This document shows positions 29,284 through 40,468 of a DNA stretch of 64,000 nucleotides, one piece after another (position 1 is the first letter of the stretch; each line of letters begins with the position of its first letter). Below the pieces are notes generated by a model, which saw only the letters and a list, made by a program, of their open reading frames with translations, had not been told where the DNA came from and did no database searches. The translations under genes were made by a program, and so were the position numbers. Source of the stretch: Arenicellales bacterium (GTDB taxonomy: Bacteria > Pseudomonadota > Gammaproteobacteria > Arenicellales > JAHEKD01); the NCBI GenBank assembly GCA_965204695.1, contig OZ242007.1, positions 296,480-360,479 on the forward strand. The letters run 5' to 3'.

Positions 29284-29958
29284 ATGTCGAAGAAGTTAAT
29301 TTTTGGGGTGGTCGGCGCTTTAGCAGTTATCGCAGCAGCAGTTTTTGGGGGTATTAAATTCCAAAAGCATTTATTACAGCAAGAGCTGGCAGACAACGTG
29401 AAACAAGTGCAAGAACAACTCAATGCACAATGGGCTCAAATAAAAATCATCGATAACAATATCATGATCACTGGCGAAACTGTTGATAATGAAACTCATA
29501 AAGAACTTATAAGCCAACTAACGAAAGTTAAAGGTATTAATACAGTTACTAGCAAGGTCAAAGTTAGCCGACCGCTGAGCATGGAACAATGCCAGGAAAA
29601 TATTGACAGCTTATTGGCCAATAATGACGTTGAATTTTCTAGCCAGAATTCAAAGATAGATTCGGCCAGTCATGATGTATTACAAGAAATTGCTAAGAAC
29701 CTTTGGCTCTGCCCTGATGCCAATTTATTAATAGTTTCACATACCAGCAATGAAGATGACATTGATGACAATATTCAAACTAGCGAGTTGCGCTCCGCTG
29801 CGCTGCTTGAGTATTTTAATAATAGTCTTGGTTTCAGTGACCGTCAGATCGCTGCTGTAGGTATGGGTGCGGCGTTTCCAATCGCGATGAATGACAGTGA
29901 TGAAAATCGTGATCTCAATGATCGTATTGAAATCAAAATCAGATCCATAAATCTATAG
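29284..29958 (+). CDS. Membrane-anchored BON-like and OmpA-family domain protein
   Basis: N-terminal TM; VEF...S.I, SHTS, N...SELR, GMG...PIAMND...NDRIEI. Confidence 0.75.
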   Translation: MSKKLIFGVVGALAVIAAAVFGGIKFQKHLLQQELADNVKQVQEQLNAQWAQIKIIDNNIMITGETVDNETHKELISQLTKVKGINTVTSKVKVSRPLSMEQCQENIDSLLANNDVEFSSQNSKIDSASHDVLQEIAKNLWLCPDANLLIVSHTSNEDDIDDNIQTSELRSAALLEYFNNSLGFSDRQIAAVGMGAAFPIAMNDSDENRDLNDRIEIKIRSINL

Positions 29959-29996
29959 ATTAGAACCCAATTTGGGTTAAAATTTAGCGCTCGATT

Positions 29997-30725
29997 ATGA
30001 GCGTCTATCAAGCAATCAAACGCTGGTGGCATAAACTAAGCTCACCAGTACATTTTTATCATTTCGCAGGCCGTCATCTTAAATGGACGGGTCTGCTTGC
30101 CCTGTTTTGTTATTTAACTGGTTTAATATGGGGCCTGGTGTTCGCACCTGCTGATTATCAACAAGGTAATAGTTTCAGAATTATTTATCTCCATGTTCCA
30201 GCCGCGGCACTGTCCATGGGTGTTTATGTTGGTATGGCGATCTGTTGTGCTGTCGGCCTGATCTGGAAAATGAAACTTGCATTTATGGTGGCTCGTAGTT
30301 TAGCCGTCATCGGTGCAGTATTTACTGCTTTAGCACTTTTTACAGGCTCTGTTTGGGGCAAACCGACCTGGGGCACCTGGTGGGTTTGGGATGCTCGTTT
30401 AACCTCAGAATTAATTTTACTATTTCTGTATCTAGGCTTTATTAGCTTATCTGAGGCTTTGCCTGATCGTGATACCGCCAACAAAGCCAGTGGAATTTTA
30501 GCCATCGTTGGCGTTATTAACATTCCAATTATTCACTATTCGGTCGTATGGTGGCAAAGTCTGCATCAAGGTTCAACAATTTTTAAATTCGCTAAGCCAT
30601 CTATTGCCCCGGAAATGCTGTGGCCACTTTTAATCATGATGCTAGCCTTCATCTTGCTGGCTGTAAGTTATGTATTTTTAAACACACGTACTCAAATTCT
30701 TAAACACCGAATTAAACGCAGATAA
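29997..30725 (+). CDS. ccmC: Heme exporter protein C
   Basis: RIIYLHVP, WGKPTWGTWWVWDARLTS (WWD domain), WWQSLHQ. Confidence 0.96.
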   Translation: MSVYQAIKRWWHKLSSPVHFYHFAGRHLKWTGLLALFCYLTGLIWGLVFAPADYQQGNSFRIIYLHVPAAALSMGVYVGMAICCAVGLIWKMKLAFMVARSLAVIGAVFTALALFTGSVWGKPTWGTWWVWDARLTSELILLFLYLGFISLSEALPDRDTANKASGILAIVGVINIPIIHYSVVWWQSLHQGSTIFKFAKPSIAPEMLWPLLIMMLAFILLAVSYVFLNTRTQILKHRIKRR

Positions 30726-30893
30726 ATGTATTTCGACTCAATCAGTGAATTAATAACAATGGCTGGGCACGGCAAATATGTCTGGAGCTGTGTATTTATC
30801 AGTAGCTTAGCCATAGCACTGTTGTTTATCAATGCTTTAAAGCATTTCAAGAGGCAACTAAAACTCAATACTAAACTAAACAATTTACCTTAA
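30726..30893 (+). CDS. ccmD: Heme exporter protein D (55 aa; not in ORF track)
   Basis: MYFDSISELITMAGHGKYVWSCVFISSLAIALLFINALKHFKRQLKLNTKLNNLP*; M.G.G.YVW motif, TM segment and basic tail; lies between ccmC and ccmE. Confidence 0.9.
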   Translation: MYFDSISELITMAGHGKYVWSCVFISSLAIALLFINALKHFKRQLKLNTKLNNLP

Positions 30894-30895
30894 TC

Positions 30896-31357
30896 ATGCA
30901 TCCTCTACGTCGTAAACGCTTAATGTTGATTATTTATATTATGATCATTATTGCCATTGTTGTCGGACTGATTTTATACGCACTAAGGCAAAACATTAAT
31001 TTATTTTATACCCCTACCCAAATTGTTAACAATGAGGCCCCCAAGGGGATAAATATTCGAGTTGGCGGACTAGTGGAACAAGGGAGTTTTAAACGTGAGT
31101 CAGACTCTTTAAAAAGTGAGTTTTCTGTTACTGATACACAAAGTTCGATCATCATCAGCTACGAAGGTATTCTTCCAGACTTGTTTCGGGAAGGGCAAGG
31201 CGTAGTTGCGAGAGGTCAACTTACACCTGAGAATCATTTTGTCGCCGAAGAAGTATTGGCCAAGCATGACGAAAATTATATGCCACCTGAAGTCAAAGAA
31301 GCACTTGAAGCTCAAGGCTACTGGAAACACGATCAACAATCTCAAACGACCTATTAA
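30896..31357 (+). CDS. ccmE: Heme chaperone CcmE
   Basis: NINLFYTP, RVGGLV, LPDLFREGQG, LAKHDENY. Confidence 0.96.
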   Translation: MHPLRRKRLMLIIYIMIIIAIVVGLILYALRQNINLFYTPTQIVNNEAPKGINIRVGGLVEQGSFKRESDSLKSEFSVTDTQSSIIISYEGILPDLFREGQGVVARGQLTPENHFVAEEVLAKHDENYMPPEVKEALEAQGYWKHDQQSQTTY

Positions 31358-31360
31358 TAA

Positions 31361-31993
31361 ATGGCCAGCCCGCCACACTTACAGGTCGAGAATTTAAGTT
31401 GTGAGCGTCAGGACAGGCTTTTATTTGAAAATCTGAGTTTTGAGGCATCAGCCGGACAACTGATCCGGGTTCATGGAAAAAACGGATCAGGCAAGTCAAC
31501 GCTGTTAAAGACCATTTCCGGTTTACTCAAACCAACTGCCGGATTCGTTAACTGGAAAAAGACAGGTATTGCTGCGCTGTATACTAATTATCATAAACAG
31601 CTCACCTACATTGGCCATAAGCCTGCTGTTAAATCCGAATTGACAGTTGCAGAAAACATCAGGCACTTACTTTCGTTCAGACAGCAACAGGTCGGGCAAA
31701 CACAAATCAATCAAGTACTGTCGACGTTATCAATCGATTTATACGAAGATGTTGAAGCAGGATTTCTTTCTCAAGGCCAGCAACGCCGGATCTCGTTGTC
31801 AAGACTTTGGCTGGAAGACAGTGAGTTATGGATACTTGATGAGCCCTACACCGCCCTGGATAAAGATGCGGTAAAGCTAGTCAATACAGTCATGCAACGA
31901 TTTCTTCAGGCAGGTAATATTGTTATCCTGACCTCACATCAAGATACTGATGAACTTGAACAACTCAGTCAAAACATCTGGTTGGGCAATTAG
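31361..31993 (+). CDS. ccmA: Heme export ATP-binding protein CcmA
   Basis: GKNGSGKST, LSQGQQRR, LWILDEP.TALD, LTSHQ. Confidence 0.95.
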   Translation: MASPPHLQVENLSCERQDRLLFENLSFEASAGQLIRVHGKNGSGKSTLLKTISGLLKPTAGFVNWKKTGIAALYTNYHKQLTYIGHKPAVKSELTVAENIRHLLSFRQQQVGQTQINQVLSTLSIDLYEDVEAGFLSQGQQRRISLSRLWLEDSELWILDEPYTALDKDAVKLVNTVMQRFLQAGNIVILTSHQDTDELEQLSQNIWLGN

Positions 31994-32650
31994 ATGTTAG
32001 CTGGGCTGATCAAAAATGAAATCAAACTAGTCTTGAAAAAACCGGCGGAAATATTTCAACCTATCATTTTCGGTTTAATCACGATTACACTGTTTGTGCT
32101 GGCGATAGGCGTAGAGCAAAAAACACTTTCAATGATAGCCCCGGCAATTATTTGGGTTATTGTCTTGCTGGCGATTTTGCTGTCCACGGATAGATTGTTT
32201 TATTCTGATTTTGAAGACGGAACCCTTGAGCAACAACAACTGGCAGCTTGTTCTTTCAGCACAATTATCGGCATCAAATTACTGGTGCATTGGCTGTTAA
32301 TTGTTCTGCCTCTAATCATCGTTGCTCCCATTTATGCAAGACTACTCTTTTTTGAGGGTGAATCTGTAACGGTTTTAGTCTTAACTTTACTGCTTGGAAC
32401 ACCATCAGTGGCGCTGTTTAGTGCTTTAGGCAATGCTTTAACCTTAAGCCTCAAGCGTGGTAGTTTGTTACTAGGCCTTATAGTTACGCCACTGTATGTG
32501 CCTGTATTGATTCTTGCCATTACTGCGATTCAAGCAACCCAACAAGGATTAAATTCTTCAGGCCAACTTGCTTTATTATTAGCCATGACGTTGGTTAGCT
32601 TATTGATTTGCTTACCGGCGATTACAGCCGCATTGCGATTGAATAACTGA
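31994..32650 (+). CDS. ccmB: Heme exporter protein B
   Basis: DFEDGTLEQ, KLLVHW, LLLGTP, PLYVPVLI. Confidence 0.95.
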   Translation: MLAGLIKNEIKLVLKKPAEIFQPIIFGLITITLFVLAIGVEQKTLSMIAPAIIWVIVLLAILLSTDRLFYSDFEDGTLEQQQLAACSFSTIIGIKLLVHWLLIVLPLIIVAPIYARLLFFEGESVTVLVLTLLLGTPSVALFSALGNALTLSLKRGSLLLGLIVTPLYVPVLILAITAIQATQQGLNSSGQLALLLAMTLVSLLICLPAITAALRLNN

Positions 32651-32683
32651 AATTCCACATTTTTTAAGTTAAGAGCTAGAAAT

Positions 32684-32709
32684 TTCATCCCGGACTTGAT
32701 CCGGGATCT
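32684..32709. repeat. REP-like palindrome
   Basis: TTCATCCCGGACTTGATCCGGGATCT; exact reverse complement at 42692-42717. Confidence 0.75.
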
Positions 32710-32815
32710 TCTGACCGGACTAAGCAGCAACTTGATCCAAATCTCGCAGCCGGTCGCTGTACATAATTGAAGAGCTTTCGAAATGACGAATGTCAGCTTC
32801 CCGGGTTTATCCAGT

Positions 32816-33790
32816 TTATTGACAATCTGAAACGGCCATGGCAACAGTTTTAGCAGTCAGTTTGGGAATCTCTCCCATCATAGTGATACGGTTACCCTCT
32901 ATAACTCGACTATAAACATTCACTATACCAAGCTGATAAGCACCTTCCATATCCATATCGTCCGGTTTATACATGTGTTCGACAAATAAAGAGAAGTTAG
33001 ACAGACCATCACTAAATACATATTGGCTCATCATGTTTTGCTTATCTGTAGCTGGTTTGACCATTGAATGAACAAGTTCGAAACCGGTAGGCATATTATC
33101 CAATTTACAGGTCATTTCTGAATTATCCATTGGCTCAGGCGAATCAACCTGAATCCAATTCAGACCTACCTTAGCAGCCTCAGATGGCTCAAGGTCAGAG
33201 TCATCAATAGGCACATCGATTTCAACTTCGGTGAACATATACCGCTCCAAGGCTGCACCCTCATGATCGACACAGGCTGATTGCAATAACAAGCCGGTTT
33301 CTTTATCAATCCAGAGTTGATGGCCGTAGCGATATTCATCTTTGGGCTGGATTTTAATCATCTGTGCTTCACGGTTGACGATACGATCTACCTGTCCCAG
33401 TTCAAAAGTGTAGTAGTTATCTAGCTTAGCGATTTCCTCATCAGTAAAAGCTGGGAAAAAACGCTGGTCTTGAAACAATTTGCCCTGCAGCCCCATATTT
33501 TTGTCGGGCAAATAACAAATTAACTGTCCGGATTTACGAATGATTTCTCTGGGCACACCGTTCAATGAATAAATACGTTCTTGTTCACCGTTAGCATCAA
33601 TTTTATGGACAATGCCCATTAACTCAACATTTGAGCCACGGATTCCAATCATATTACCTTTGTAGTTTAAAGATTGACCAGCGTGTAGCATACGCATGAC
33701 CCAATCACGCGCTTCGTCAGGCATAGCACTGACACTGTTGATATTTACCACCAGTAACAGAGCAAAAACGGTTTTAATTAGCTTATTCAA
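32816..33790 (-). CDS. rseB: Sigma-E regulatory protein RseB/MucB
   Basis: LNYKG, LNGVPREIIR, P.D.YRYG..LWIDKETGLLL, FSDGL..FSLFVE, MGEIP..TA. Confidence 0.92.
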   Translation of the reverse strand: MNKLIKTVFALLLVVNINSVSAMPDEARDWVMRMLHAGQSLNYKGNMIGIRGSNVELMGIVHKIDANGEQERIYSLNGVPREIIRKSGQLICYLPDKNMGLQGKLFQDQRFFPAFTDEEIAKLDNYYTFELGQVDRIVNREAQMIKIQPKDEYRYGHQLWIDKETGLLLQSACVDHEGAALERYMFTEVEIDVPIDDSDLEPSEAAKVGLNWIQVDSPEPMDNSEMTCKLDNMPTGFELVHSMVKPATDKQNMMSQYVFSDGLSNFSLFVEHMYKPDDMDMEGAYQLGIVNVYSRVIEGNRITMMGEIPKLTAKTVAMAVSDCQ

Positions 33791-33799
33791 AAAAAGTTC

Positions 33800-34360
33800 T
33801 CAAAGCTTCTGATAAGAGACAAATTTCGAGTACGAGCCCAATCCATTCATCCCTGTCACGCTGGTGAATTCACTATGCTCAACTAAAAGAGCGTTTAGTA
33901 CATCTTCAACTGCCGCATTGTCAGTTTGCCAATGGGGCATCGACATTGGGTCAGAATTAGGCGTTGTAGTCACTTCAGCGACTTGAGTTTCAACAGCAGG
34001 TTGCTGCAGTGGTTGTTGTATAATGAAATACAACCCTAACAACATACTGGCTGCAATGGCCATAGGCCACCAAGGTTTTTTAGCTGTAGCCGTTTTGGCA
34101 GGAAACTCAACAACATTACTGGCTGAGGTTTCAGGTTTAATTGTCTCGTTAGGATTTGCTTTAACCTGGGCCATCACTTTAGCTGCAATATCAAACTGCA
34201 AATCTTTTTCAGAGACTTCGTTTTTGATTAAATCCTGAGCGACATGATAACGTTGCCAGCGCGCAGCCAGCTCGGGATCATTTTTATAAGCGGTTAAAAA
34301 TTCATCCAGTTCCCACTGGCTGATTTTCTCATCCATCAAATTCGATAATTTTTCCGACAT
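33800..34360 (-). CDS. rseA: Anti-sigma-E factor RseA/MucA
   Basis: EKLSNLMD, WQRYH...D, TM segment AIAAS, LVEH; lies between rpoE and rseB. Confidence 0.9.
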   Translation of the reverse strand: MSEKLSNLMDEKISQWELDEFLTAYKNDPELAARWQRYHVAQDLIKNEVSEKDLQFDIAAKVMAQVKANPNETIKPETSASNVVEFPAKTATAKKPWWPMAIAASMLLGLYFIIQQPLQQPAVETQVAEVTTTPNSDPMSMPHWQTDNAAVEDVLNALLVEHSEFTSVTGMNGLGSYSKFVSYQKL

Positions 34361-34361
34361 C

Positions 34362-34967
34362 TCAAATACCCGTCGACATATTTTCTTTAATCACGGCATC
34401 CAGAATTTCCCTAGCACGAAAAATTCTTGAACGTACTGTCCCAATTGGACAATCCATTGCTTGAGCAATATCTTCATAACTCAGACCATCAAACTCGCGC
34501 AATATAATCGCCTCTTTTAACTCATCTGGCATTTCCTTGATCGCCTCTTTTAAAACCAGATACATTTGTTTGCCCGCAAATTTAGATTCAGGTGTTTCTG
34601 AATCCACCATATGGGATAACTCATAAACACTTTCTTCTGTATTTTGTGGATCAAATCCATATTCAGCCTTTCGCCTGCTTTTATATGACAAGTGATTTTT
34701 GGCTGTGTTCACTGCAATCCTGTAAAGCCAGGTATAAAATTCACTGTCCCCTCTGAAGTTATTTATAGCCTTATAGGCCTTAATAAACACTTCCTGACTG
34801 ACATCCTCGATTTCGGTCTCGATACTGATATATCTGGACAATAACCTTGCCACCCTAAACTGGTATTTTTTTACCAACAGCTCGTATGCTGTATGATCAC
34901 CAGACTGGCATCTTGCCACCAAGGCTTTATCGGGATTGATATCGTCAGTCACAATAACATCCACCAA
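34362..34967 (-). CDS. rpoE: ECF sigma factor RpoE/AlgU
   Basis: ELLVKKYQ, FRGDSEFYTWLYRIAVNTAKN, LREFDGLSYEDIA..MDCPIGTVRSRIFRARE. Confidence 0.96.
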   Translation of the reverse strand: MVDVIVTDDINPDKALVARCQSGDHTAYELLVKKYQFRVARLLSRYISIETEIEDVSQEVFIKAYKAINNFRGDSEFYTWLYRIAVNTAKNHLSYKSRRKAEYGFDPQNTEESVYELSHMVDSETPESKFAGKQMYLVLKEAIKEMPDELKEAIILREFDGLSYEDIAQAMDCPIGTVRSRIFRAREILDAVIKENMSTGI

Positions 34968-34984
34968 AAAGCCTAGCTAGCTCT

Positions 34985-35011
34985 ATAGACTTGAAACTAT
35001 TAGAAAAGTTC
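34985..35011 (-). promoter_or_regulatory. Autoregulatory sigma-E promoter of rpoE
   Basis: Minus strand GAACTT-N16-TCTAT, the sigmaE/AlgU consensus, 17 bp upstream of the GTG start. Confidence 0.8.
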
Positions 35012-35084
35012 ATCCAAATTATGTTAAAAAGCGATACAAGTTTTTGGGTATTATATTGTCTGTAACATAGTTATTGGGTAAAAA

Positions 35085-36695
35085 ATGACGGAAACTATAA
35101 AAACAAGTGTGGCCATTATAGGAGGTGGTCTGGCCGGACTCAGTCTGGCGATCAGATTAGCTGATAAAGGCATTCAGGTTCTTATTGTTTCTAAGAAGGA
35201 ACTCACTGAAGGTTCTAGCCTTTATGCCCAAGGTGGAATAGCAGCCGTTCTAAGCGACGAGGACAGTTTTAAATCACATATTGAAGACACTTTGATCGCT
35301 GGTGCTGGCATTTGCAAACACGATGCAGTGGAGTTCGTGGTCAAACATGGCCCAGCCAGCATCCAATGGCTAATTGATCAAGGCGTCAAATTTACCCGTG
35401 AAACCAGTGATTTGGGTTATGGTAACTACCATCTAACCCGTGAAGGTGGACATAGTCATCGTCGTATTATCCACGCTGCCGATGCAACCGGCCATGAAGT
35501 TGAAGTCACCCTGGAAAGTAAAGTCAGACAGCATCCAAACATAAATCTTTTGGAGAGTCACATTGCAATCGACTTAATTACATCCGAAAAGATTAACTTG
35601 TCCGGCTCAAACCGATGTATAGGATTTTATGCTTACGATAACCTGAAACGTCAGGCCATCACTATTGAAGCTGATAGCACCATCCTGGCAACCGGAGGAG
35701 CATCAAAGGTATATCTCTACACTAGCAACCCTGATACCTCAACCGGTGATGGCATGGCCATGGCCTGGCGGGCAGGTTGTCGTGTAGGCAATATGGAGTT
35801 TAACCAGTTTCACCCAACCTGCTTATTTCATCCCAAGGCCAAATCATTTCTGATTTCAGAAGCAGTTCGTGGTGAAGGTGGAAAATTATTACTGTCTAAC
35901 GGTGAAGAGTTCATGTCCAAATACGATGAACGCAAGGAGCTTGCACCGCGTGACATTGTTGCTCGTGCCATCGATAATGAAATGAAACGTGGCGGCCATG
36001 AGCACGTTTATCTTGACATCTCACATAAATCAGCGGACTTCATAAAAGAACATTTTCCAACCATTTACTCTCGCTGTCTTGATTACGGTTATGACATGAC
36101 GGCTGAACCCGTTCCTGTAGTCCCCGCTGCCCACTATACCTGTGGTGGCATTGTTACGGATTTGAACGCCAAAACTGACTTAGATGGGCTCTACGCAGTT
36201 GGGGAATGTACTTATTCTGGTTTACACGGTGCTAATCGTCTGGCAAGCAACTCATTACTGGAATGTTTGGTTTTTGCAGAATCAGCAGCTAATCATATTA
36301 GTGAAAATCTGAATAGTTTTGATATGAGCCAGTTTGAAATTCCACCCTGGGATGAGAGCCGTGTCACCGATGCCGATGAAATGGTGGTTGTAACCCATAA
36401 CTGGGATGAACTTAGGCGTGCGATGTGGGACTATGTCGGCATTGTTCGCACAACCAAACGATTAGAACGAGCCCTACATCGAATAAAGTTGCTTGATACG
36501 GAAATCCAGGAATACTATGGAAATTTCAGGATCAGCAATGACTTGTTAGAATTACGTAACTTAGTTCAGGTGGCAGAACTTATAGTTCACAGTGCACTCA
36601 AACGCAAAGAAAGTCGTGGCTTACATTATTCACGGGACTATCCTGGAACTGATGATGATAATCCTATTAAAGAGACGATACTGACACCTGAATAG
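35085..36695 (+). CDS. nadB: L-aspartate oxidase
   Basis: [55 protein letters not shown]; divergent from rpoE. Confidence 0.96.
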   Translation: MTETIKTSVAIIGGGLAGLSLAIRLADKGIQVLIVSKKELTEGSSLYAQGGIAAVLSDEDSFKSHIEDTLIAGAGICKHDAVEFVVKHGPASIQWLIDQGVKFTRETSDLGYGNYHLTREGGHSHRRIIHAADATGHEVEVTLESKVRQHPNINLLESHIAIDLITSEKINLSGSNRCIGFYAYDNLKRQAITIEADSTILATGGASKVYLYTSNPDTSTGDGMAMAWRAGCRVGNMEFNQFHPTCLFHPKAKSFLISEAVRGEGGKLLLSNGEEFMSKYDERKELAPRDIVARAIDNEMKRGGHEHVYLDISHKSADFIKEHFPTIYSRCLDYGYDMTAEPVPVVPAAHYTCGGIVTDLNAKTDLDGLYAVGECTYSGLHGANRLASNSLLECLVFAESAANHISENLNSFDMSQFEIPPWDESRVTDADEMVVVTHNWDELRRAMWDYVGIVRTTKRLERALHRIKLLDTEIQEYYGNFRISNDLLELRNLVQVAELIVHSALKRKESRGLHYSRDYPGTDDDNPIKETILTPE

Positions 36696-36799
36696 TAGTT
36701 CTAGTATCTAAATTACAACAAGCCAAAGAGATCACAAGGTTTTAAGGACACTTCAGAATAAAGTTGTTTTGTCATTGCGAGCGAGTAGGAGGAGAGTCA

Positions 36800-37264
36800 T
36801 TATTTTCTATGAGTAGTAACCTCTCTTCGAATTGCACTATAGATAGTGTCGTCTACTGACTCAGCATCTATGATGATTTTTTGGCCTGGTTTTTCAGGGA
36901 TAAACGTCACCCATTCTGGGGCCATGGAAACTTTTTTTATTTTATGTACCTGTTTCATTCCGTTATTCTTCTTAATCTCAACCTTGCCATTATGCAAACG
37001 AAGACTAATAACAGAATTAGCATTTGTCCTTAAAGCATATAAGCGAATGTAGTAAATACAGCAGGCAACAATCCCTATAATCAAACCGCCCATAATAAAC
37101 AGATGTTTGGGAATTAAGGTGGTTAATGAAATAATGGGGGTTAGTGCAATTAGAGCATAGCCACAAGCGAGCTTTTTTGACGGTTTTAACTCACAGATTA
37201 TTGGCTTTTTGAATAAGTCGTACAATTTCAGACAATCCTTTGTCTTGGGGTTGTTGTTGCTCAA
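36800..37264 (-). CDS. YgfX-like inner-membrane protein (start uncertain)
   Basis: Two TM segments after LKPSKKL; position between sdhE and nadB matches ygfX synteny. Confidence 0.55.
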   Translation of the reverse strand: MSNNNPKTKDCLKLYDLFKKPIICELKPSKKLACGYALIALTPIISLTTLIPKHLFIMGGLIIGIVACCIYYIRLYALRTNANSVISLRLHNGKVEIKKNNGMKQVHKIKKVSMAPEWVTFIPEKPGQKIIIDAESVDDTIYSAIRREVTTHRK

Positions 37265-37439
37265 CCAGCCATTGATTTAACTCTGGGTCCTGTTGAGCGA
37301 GTAACCGCTTAAAGTCGTTGATTTGCTGATCAGATAATTTATCTATTTGATCATCAATAAACCTTGTTAACATGATATCCAGTTCCTTGGTACCACGCCG
37401 ACAACGCCATTTCAGTTTTGCCCGTTCTTTAGCATTCAT
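37191..37439 (-). CDS. sdhE: SDH flavinylation factor
   Basis: LKWRCRRGTKELD (RGxxE motif), LL...DPEL..W. Confidence 0.92.
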   Translation of the reverse strand: MNAKERAKLKWRCRRGTKELDIMLTRFIDDQIDKLSDQQINDFKRLLAQQDPELNQWLVEQQQPQDKGLSEIVRLIQKANNL

Positions 37440-37449
37440 GCTGTGGGGC

Positions 37450-38235
37450 TTAACCCCCTCGACGCTCGACAATTAATTTTTTAATTTCGGCAATTGCCAG
37501 GGCCGGGTTCAAACCTTTCGGGCAGGCTTTGGCGCAATTCATAATAGTGTGACAACGGTAAAGCTTAAACGGGTCTTCCAGCTCATCTAGCCGCTCACCG
37601 GTAGCTTCATCGCGGCTATCGACAATCCAACGATACGACTGCAATAATGCTGCCGGACCCAAATATTTATCACTATTCCACCAGTAGCTAGGACAACTGG
37701 TCGAACAACATGCACATAAAATACACTCATAAAGACCATCCAGTTTTTCCCGGTCTTCTTTCGACTGTAGCCGTTCTTTATCAGGTGGTGGAGGTGTTTG
37801 AGTCTCAATCCAAGGTTTAATTGAGGCATATTGAGCATAAAAATTGGTCAAATCAGGTACTAGATCTTTGACAACAGGCATATGCGGCAAAGGATAAACT
37901 TTAACATCTCCTTTACATTCATCGATTGGCTTAGTGCAAGCCAGAGTATTACTGCCGTCGATGTTCATAGAACAGGAACCACAAATACCCTCGCGGCAGG
38001 AACGCCTGAAAGTTAATGTTGGGTCGATTTCATTTTTGATTTTAATCAAAGCATCCAACACCATGGGTCCACACTTATCCATATCCACTTCATAAGTATC
38101 TGTACGAGGATTTTCTCCATCGTCAGGTGACCAGCGATATACTTTAAATACTCTCATATTCGAGCTGGTTTTTTCTGCCTTAAAGTGTTTACCTTTTCTA
38201 ACTACTGAGTTCGCCGGCAATCTGAATTCGGCCAT
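37450..38235 (-). CDS. sdhB: Succinate dehydrogenase iron-sulfur subunit
   Basis: [44 protein letters not shown]. Confidence 0.97.
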   Translation of the reverse strand: MAEFRLPANSVVRKGKHFKAEKTSSNMRVFKVYRWSPDDGENPRTDTYEVDMDKCGPMVLDALIKIKNEIDPTLTFRRSCREGICGSCSMNIDGSNTLACTKPIDECKGDVKVYPLPHMPVVKDLVPDLTNFYAQYASIKPWIETQTPPPPDKERLQSKEDREKLDGLYECILCACCSTSCPSYWWNSDKYLGPAALLQSYRWIVDSRDEATGERLDELEDPFKLYRCHTIMNCAKACPKGLNPALAIAEIKKLIVERRGG

Positions 38236-38284
38236 CTTTCGATCCTATTTGGTTAAATCTTTGTTTCCATTAGCAATAAAGCAA

Positions 38285-40069
38285 TTAATACACACGTGCT
38301 TTAGGTGCAATGTATTCAACATCATCTGTTAGTGTGTAGTTATGCACATCGCGGTAATTAATATTGGGGTTACCATCATCACCCATCCACACCAGTGTAT
38401 GTTTCATCCAGTTCTCGTCATCACGTTCGGTGTAATCCTCGCGAGCATGAGCCCCACGGCTTTCTTTACGATTGGCCGCGCTATGAATCGTCACCATAGC
38501 CTGACGAATTAAATTATCGAGTTCGATAGTCTCAACTAGATCGGTATTCCAAACCATACTGCGATCTTTGACATCTATATGCGGCATGGAATCCCAAACT
38601 TCGCGCAACTTGTCTTTACCTTCCTCCATAATCTCACCGGTTCTAAATACAGCACAATTGGTCTGCATGACTTTTTGCATGTTTAAACGAATCTCGGCGG
38701 TGGAAATATCGCCTTCTGCATAGCGAAATTTGTTCAACATTGCTAAAGCTTCATCACCAGCACCCTGTTTAAGTTTGGGAATAGGTCCTGGCTTTACAAC
38801 TTCAGCCGCGCGGTGAGCTGCCGCACGCCCAAAAACGACCAAATCCAGCAATGAGTTAGAGCCCAAACGGTTAGCACCATGAACCGATACACAAGCTGCT
38901 TCACCGATTGCCATTAATCCAGGGATAACTTCTTCAGTACCGCTTTCGCTTAAAGTCATGACTTCGCCATGATAATTAGTAGGGATACCGCCCATGTTGT
39001 AATGCACCGTGGGTAAAACTGGGATTGGTGCACGAGTTACATCCACCCCTGCAAAAATTTTGGCCGACTCACTAATACCCGGTAATCTTTCTTCTAAAAT
39101 TTCCGCTCCTAAATGCTCCAAATGTAAATGAATATGATCACCTTCATCGCCAACACCACGACCTTCACGAATTTCCATGGTCATGGAACGGCTCACGACA
39201 TCACGTGAGGCTAGATCCTTCGCGTTAGGAGCATAGCGCTCCATAAAACGCTCACCTTCAGAATTAGTAAGATAACCACCTTCACCTCTAGCGCCTTCAG
39301 TGATTAACACGCCAGCACCATAGACACCCGTGGGATGAAATTGCACAAATTCCATATCTTGCATTGGTAAACCCGCACGCAACACCATACCACCACCGTC
39401 CCCGGTGCAAGTATGTGCAGACGTACAAGAAAAGTAAGCTCTCCCGTAACCGCCAGTTGCCAGCACGACTAATTTAGAACGAAAACGGTGAATCACACCA
39501 TCTTCCAGATTCCAGACCATCACACCACGACATTCACCGTCTTCCATGATCAAATCAAATGCAAAATACTCAATAAAGAATTCAGCCTGGTGTTTGATTG
39601 ATTGTTGGTAAAGAGTATGAAGCATGGCATGGCCCGTTCGGTCTGCTGCAGCGCAAGTGCGCATGGCCTGACCTTGACCAAAGTTTGTTGTCATGCCACC
39701 AAAGGCACGCTGATAAATCTTACCGTCATCGGTACGTGAGAATGGTACTCCATAATGCTCTAACTCAATAATCGCATCTGGAGCTTCTTTACACATATAT
39801 TCGATAGAATCCTGGTCACCGAGCCAGTCAGAACCTTTTACAGTATCATACATATGCCAGCGCCAATCATCTTCACCCATATTCCCCAAGGCCGCGCTAA
39901 TACCGCCCTGAGCGGCCACAGTGTGACTACGTGTAGGAAATACCTTAGTAATACATGCTGTCGATAGTCCAGCCGATGCCATGCCAAAAGTCGCTCGCAG
40001 CCCAGCCCCCCCAGCACCTACAACCACCACATCATAGCTGTGATCAACAATTTTATAAGCATCTGTCAT
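38285..40069 (-). CDS. sdhA: Succinate dehydrogenase flavoprotein
   Basis: [43 protein letters not shown]. Confidence 0.97.
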   Translation of the reverse strand: MTDAYKIVDHSYDVVVVGAGGAGLRATFGMASAGLSTACITKVFPTRSHTVAAQGGISAALGNMGEDDWRWHMYDTVKGSDWLGDQDSIEYMCKEAPDAIIELEHYGVPFSRTDDGKIYQRAFGGMTTNFGQGQAMRTCAAADRTGHAMLHTLYQQSIKHQAEFFIEYFAFDLIMEDGECRGVMVWNLEDGVIHRFRSKLVVLATGGYGRAYFSCTSAHTCTGDGGGMVLRAGLPMQDMEFVQFHPTGVYGAGVLITEGARGEGGYLTNSEGERFMERYAPNAKDLASRDVVSRSMTMEIREGRGVGDEGDHIHLHLEHLGAEILEERLPGISESAKIFAGVDVTRAPIPVLPTVHYNMGGIPTNYHGEVMTLSESGTEEVIPGLMAIGEAACVSVHGANRLGSNSLLDLVVFGRAAAHRAAEVVKPGPIPKLKQGAGDEALAMLNKFRYAEGDISTAEIRLNMQKVMQTNCAVFRTGEIMEEGKDKLREVWDSMPHIDVKDRSMVWNTDLVETIELDNLIRQAMVTIHSAANRKESRGAHAREDYTERDDENWMKHTLVWMGDDGNPNINYRDVHNYTLTDDVEYIAPKARVY

Positions 40070-40073
40070 GACT

Positions 40074-40454
40074 TCATCCTGTAGCTGCGATTCTTAAAAC
40101 GGCAATCACTGATGCCGCACCGAGCAATGCCAACGCAAACTTTATTGCGATAATCATTACCATTCGTGTCCCTTCTGAACTAATATAATCTTCCAATACT
40201 ACCTGCACACCAATCGCACCATGATAATAAGACACAATAAAAAACAGCACCATAAAGGCCGCAACCCATGGATTGGAAATCCATTCGCGCATTTCTTCAA
40301 ACCCGGCACCGGCCATGCTGGCAACACTATAAGCAAACCATACACTTAGTGGCACAAGTGCTAATGCGGTTAATCGCTGCATCCACCAGTGGTGGGCACC
40401 CTCTTTTGCTGAGCCAAGCCCTTTGGCCTGGCTGATTGGAGTTCTAAATTTCAT
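40074..40454 (-). CDS. sdhD: SDH hydrophobic anchor subunit
   Basis: [16 protein letters not shown]...G.QVVLEDY. Confidence 0.94.
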   Translation of the reverse strand: MKFRTPISQAKGLGSAKEGAHHWWMQRLTALALVPLSVWFAYSVASMAGAGFEEMREWISNPWVAAFMVLFFIVSYYHGAIGVQVVLEDYISSEGTRMVMIIAIKFALALLGAASVIAVLRIAATG

Positions 40455-40468
40455 AAATTAAATCTCTC

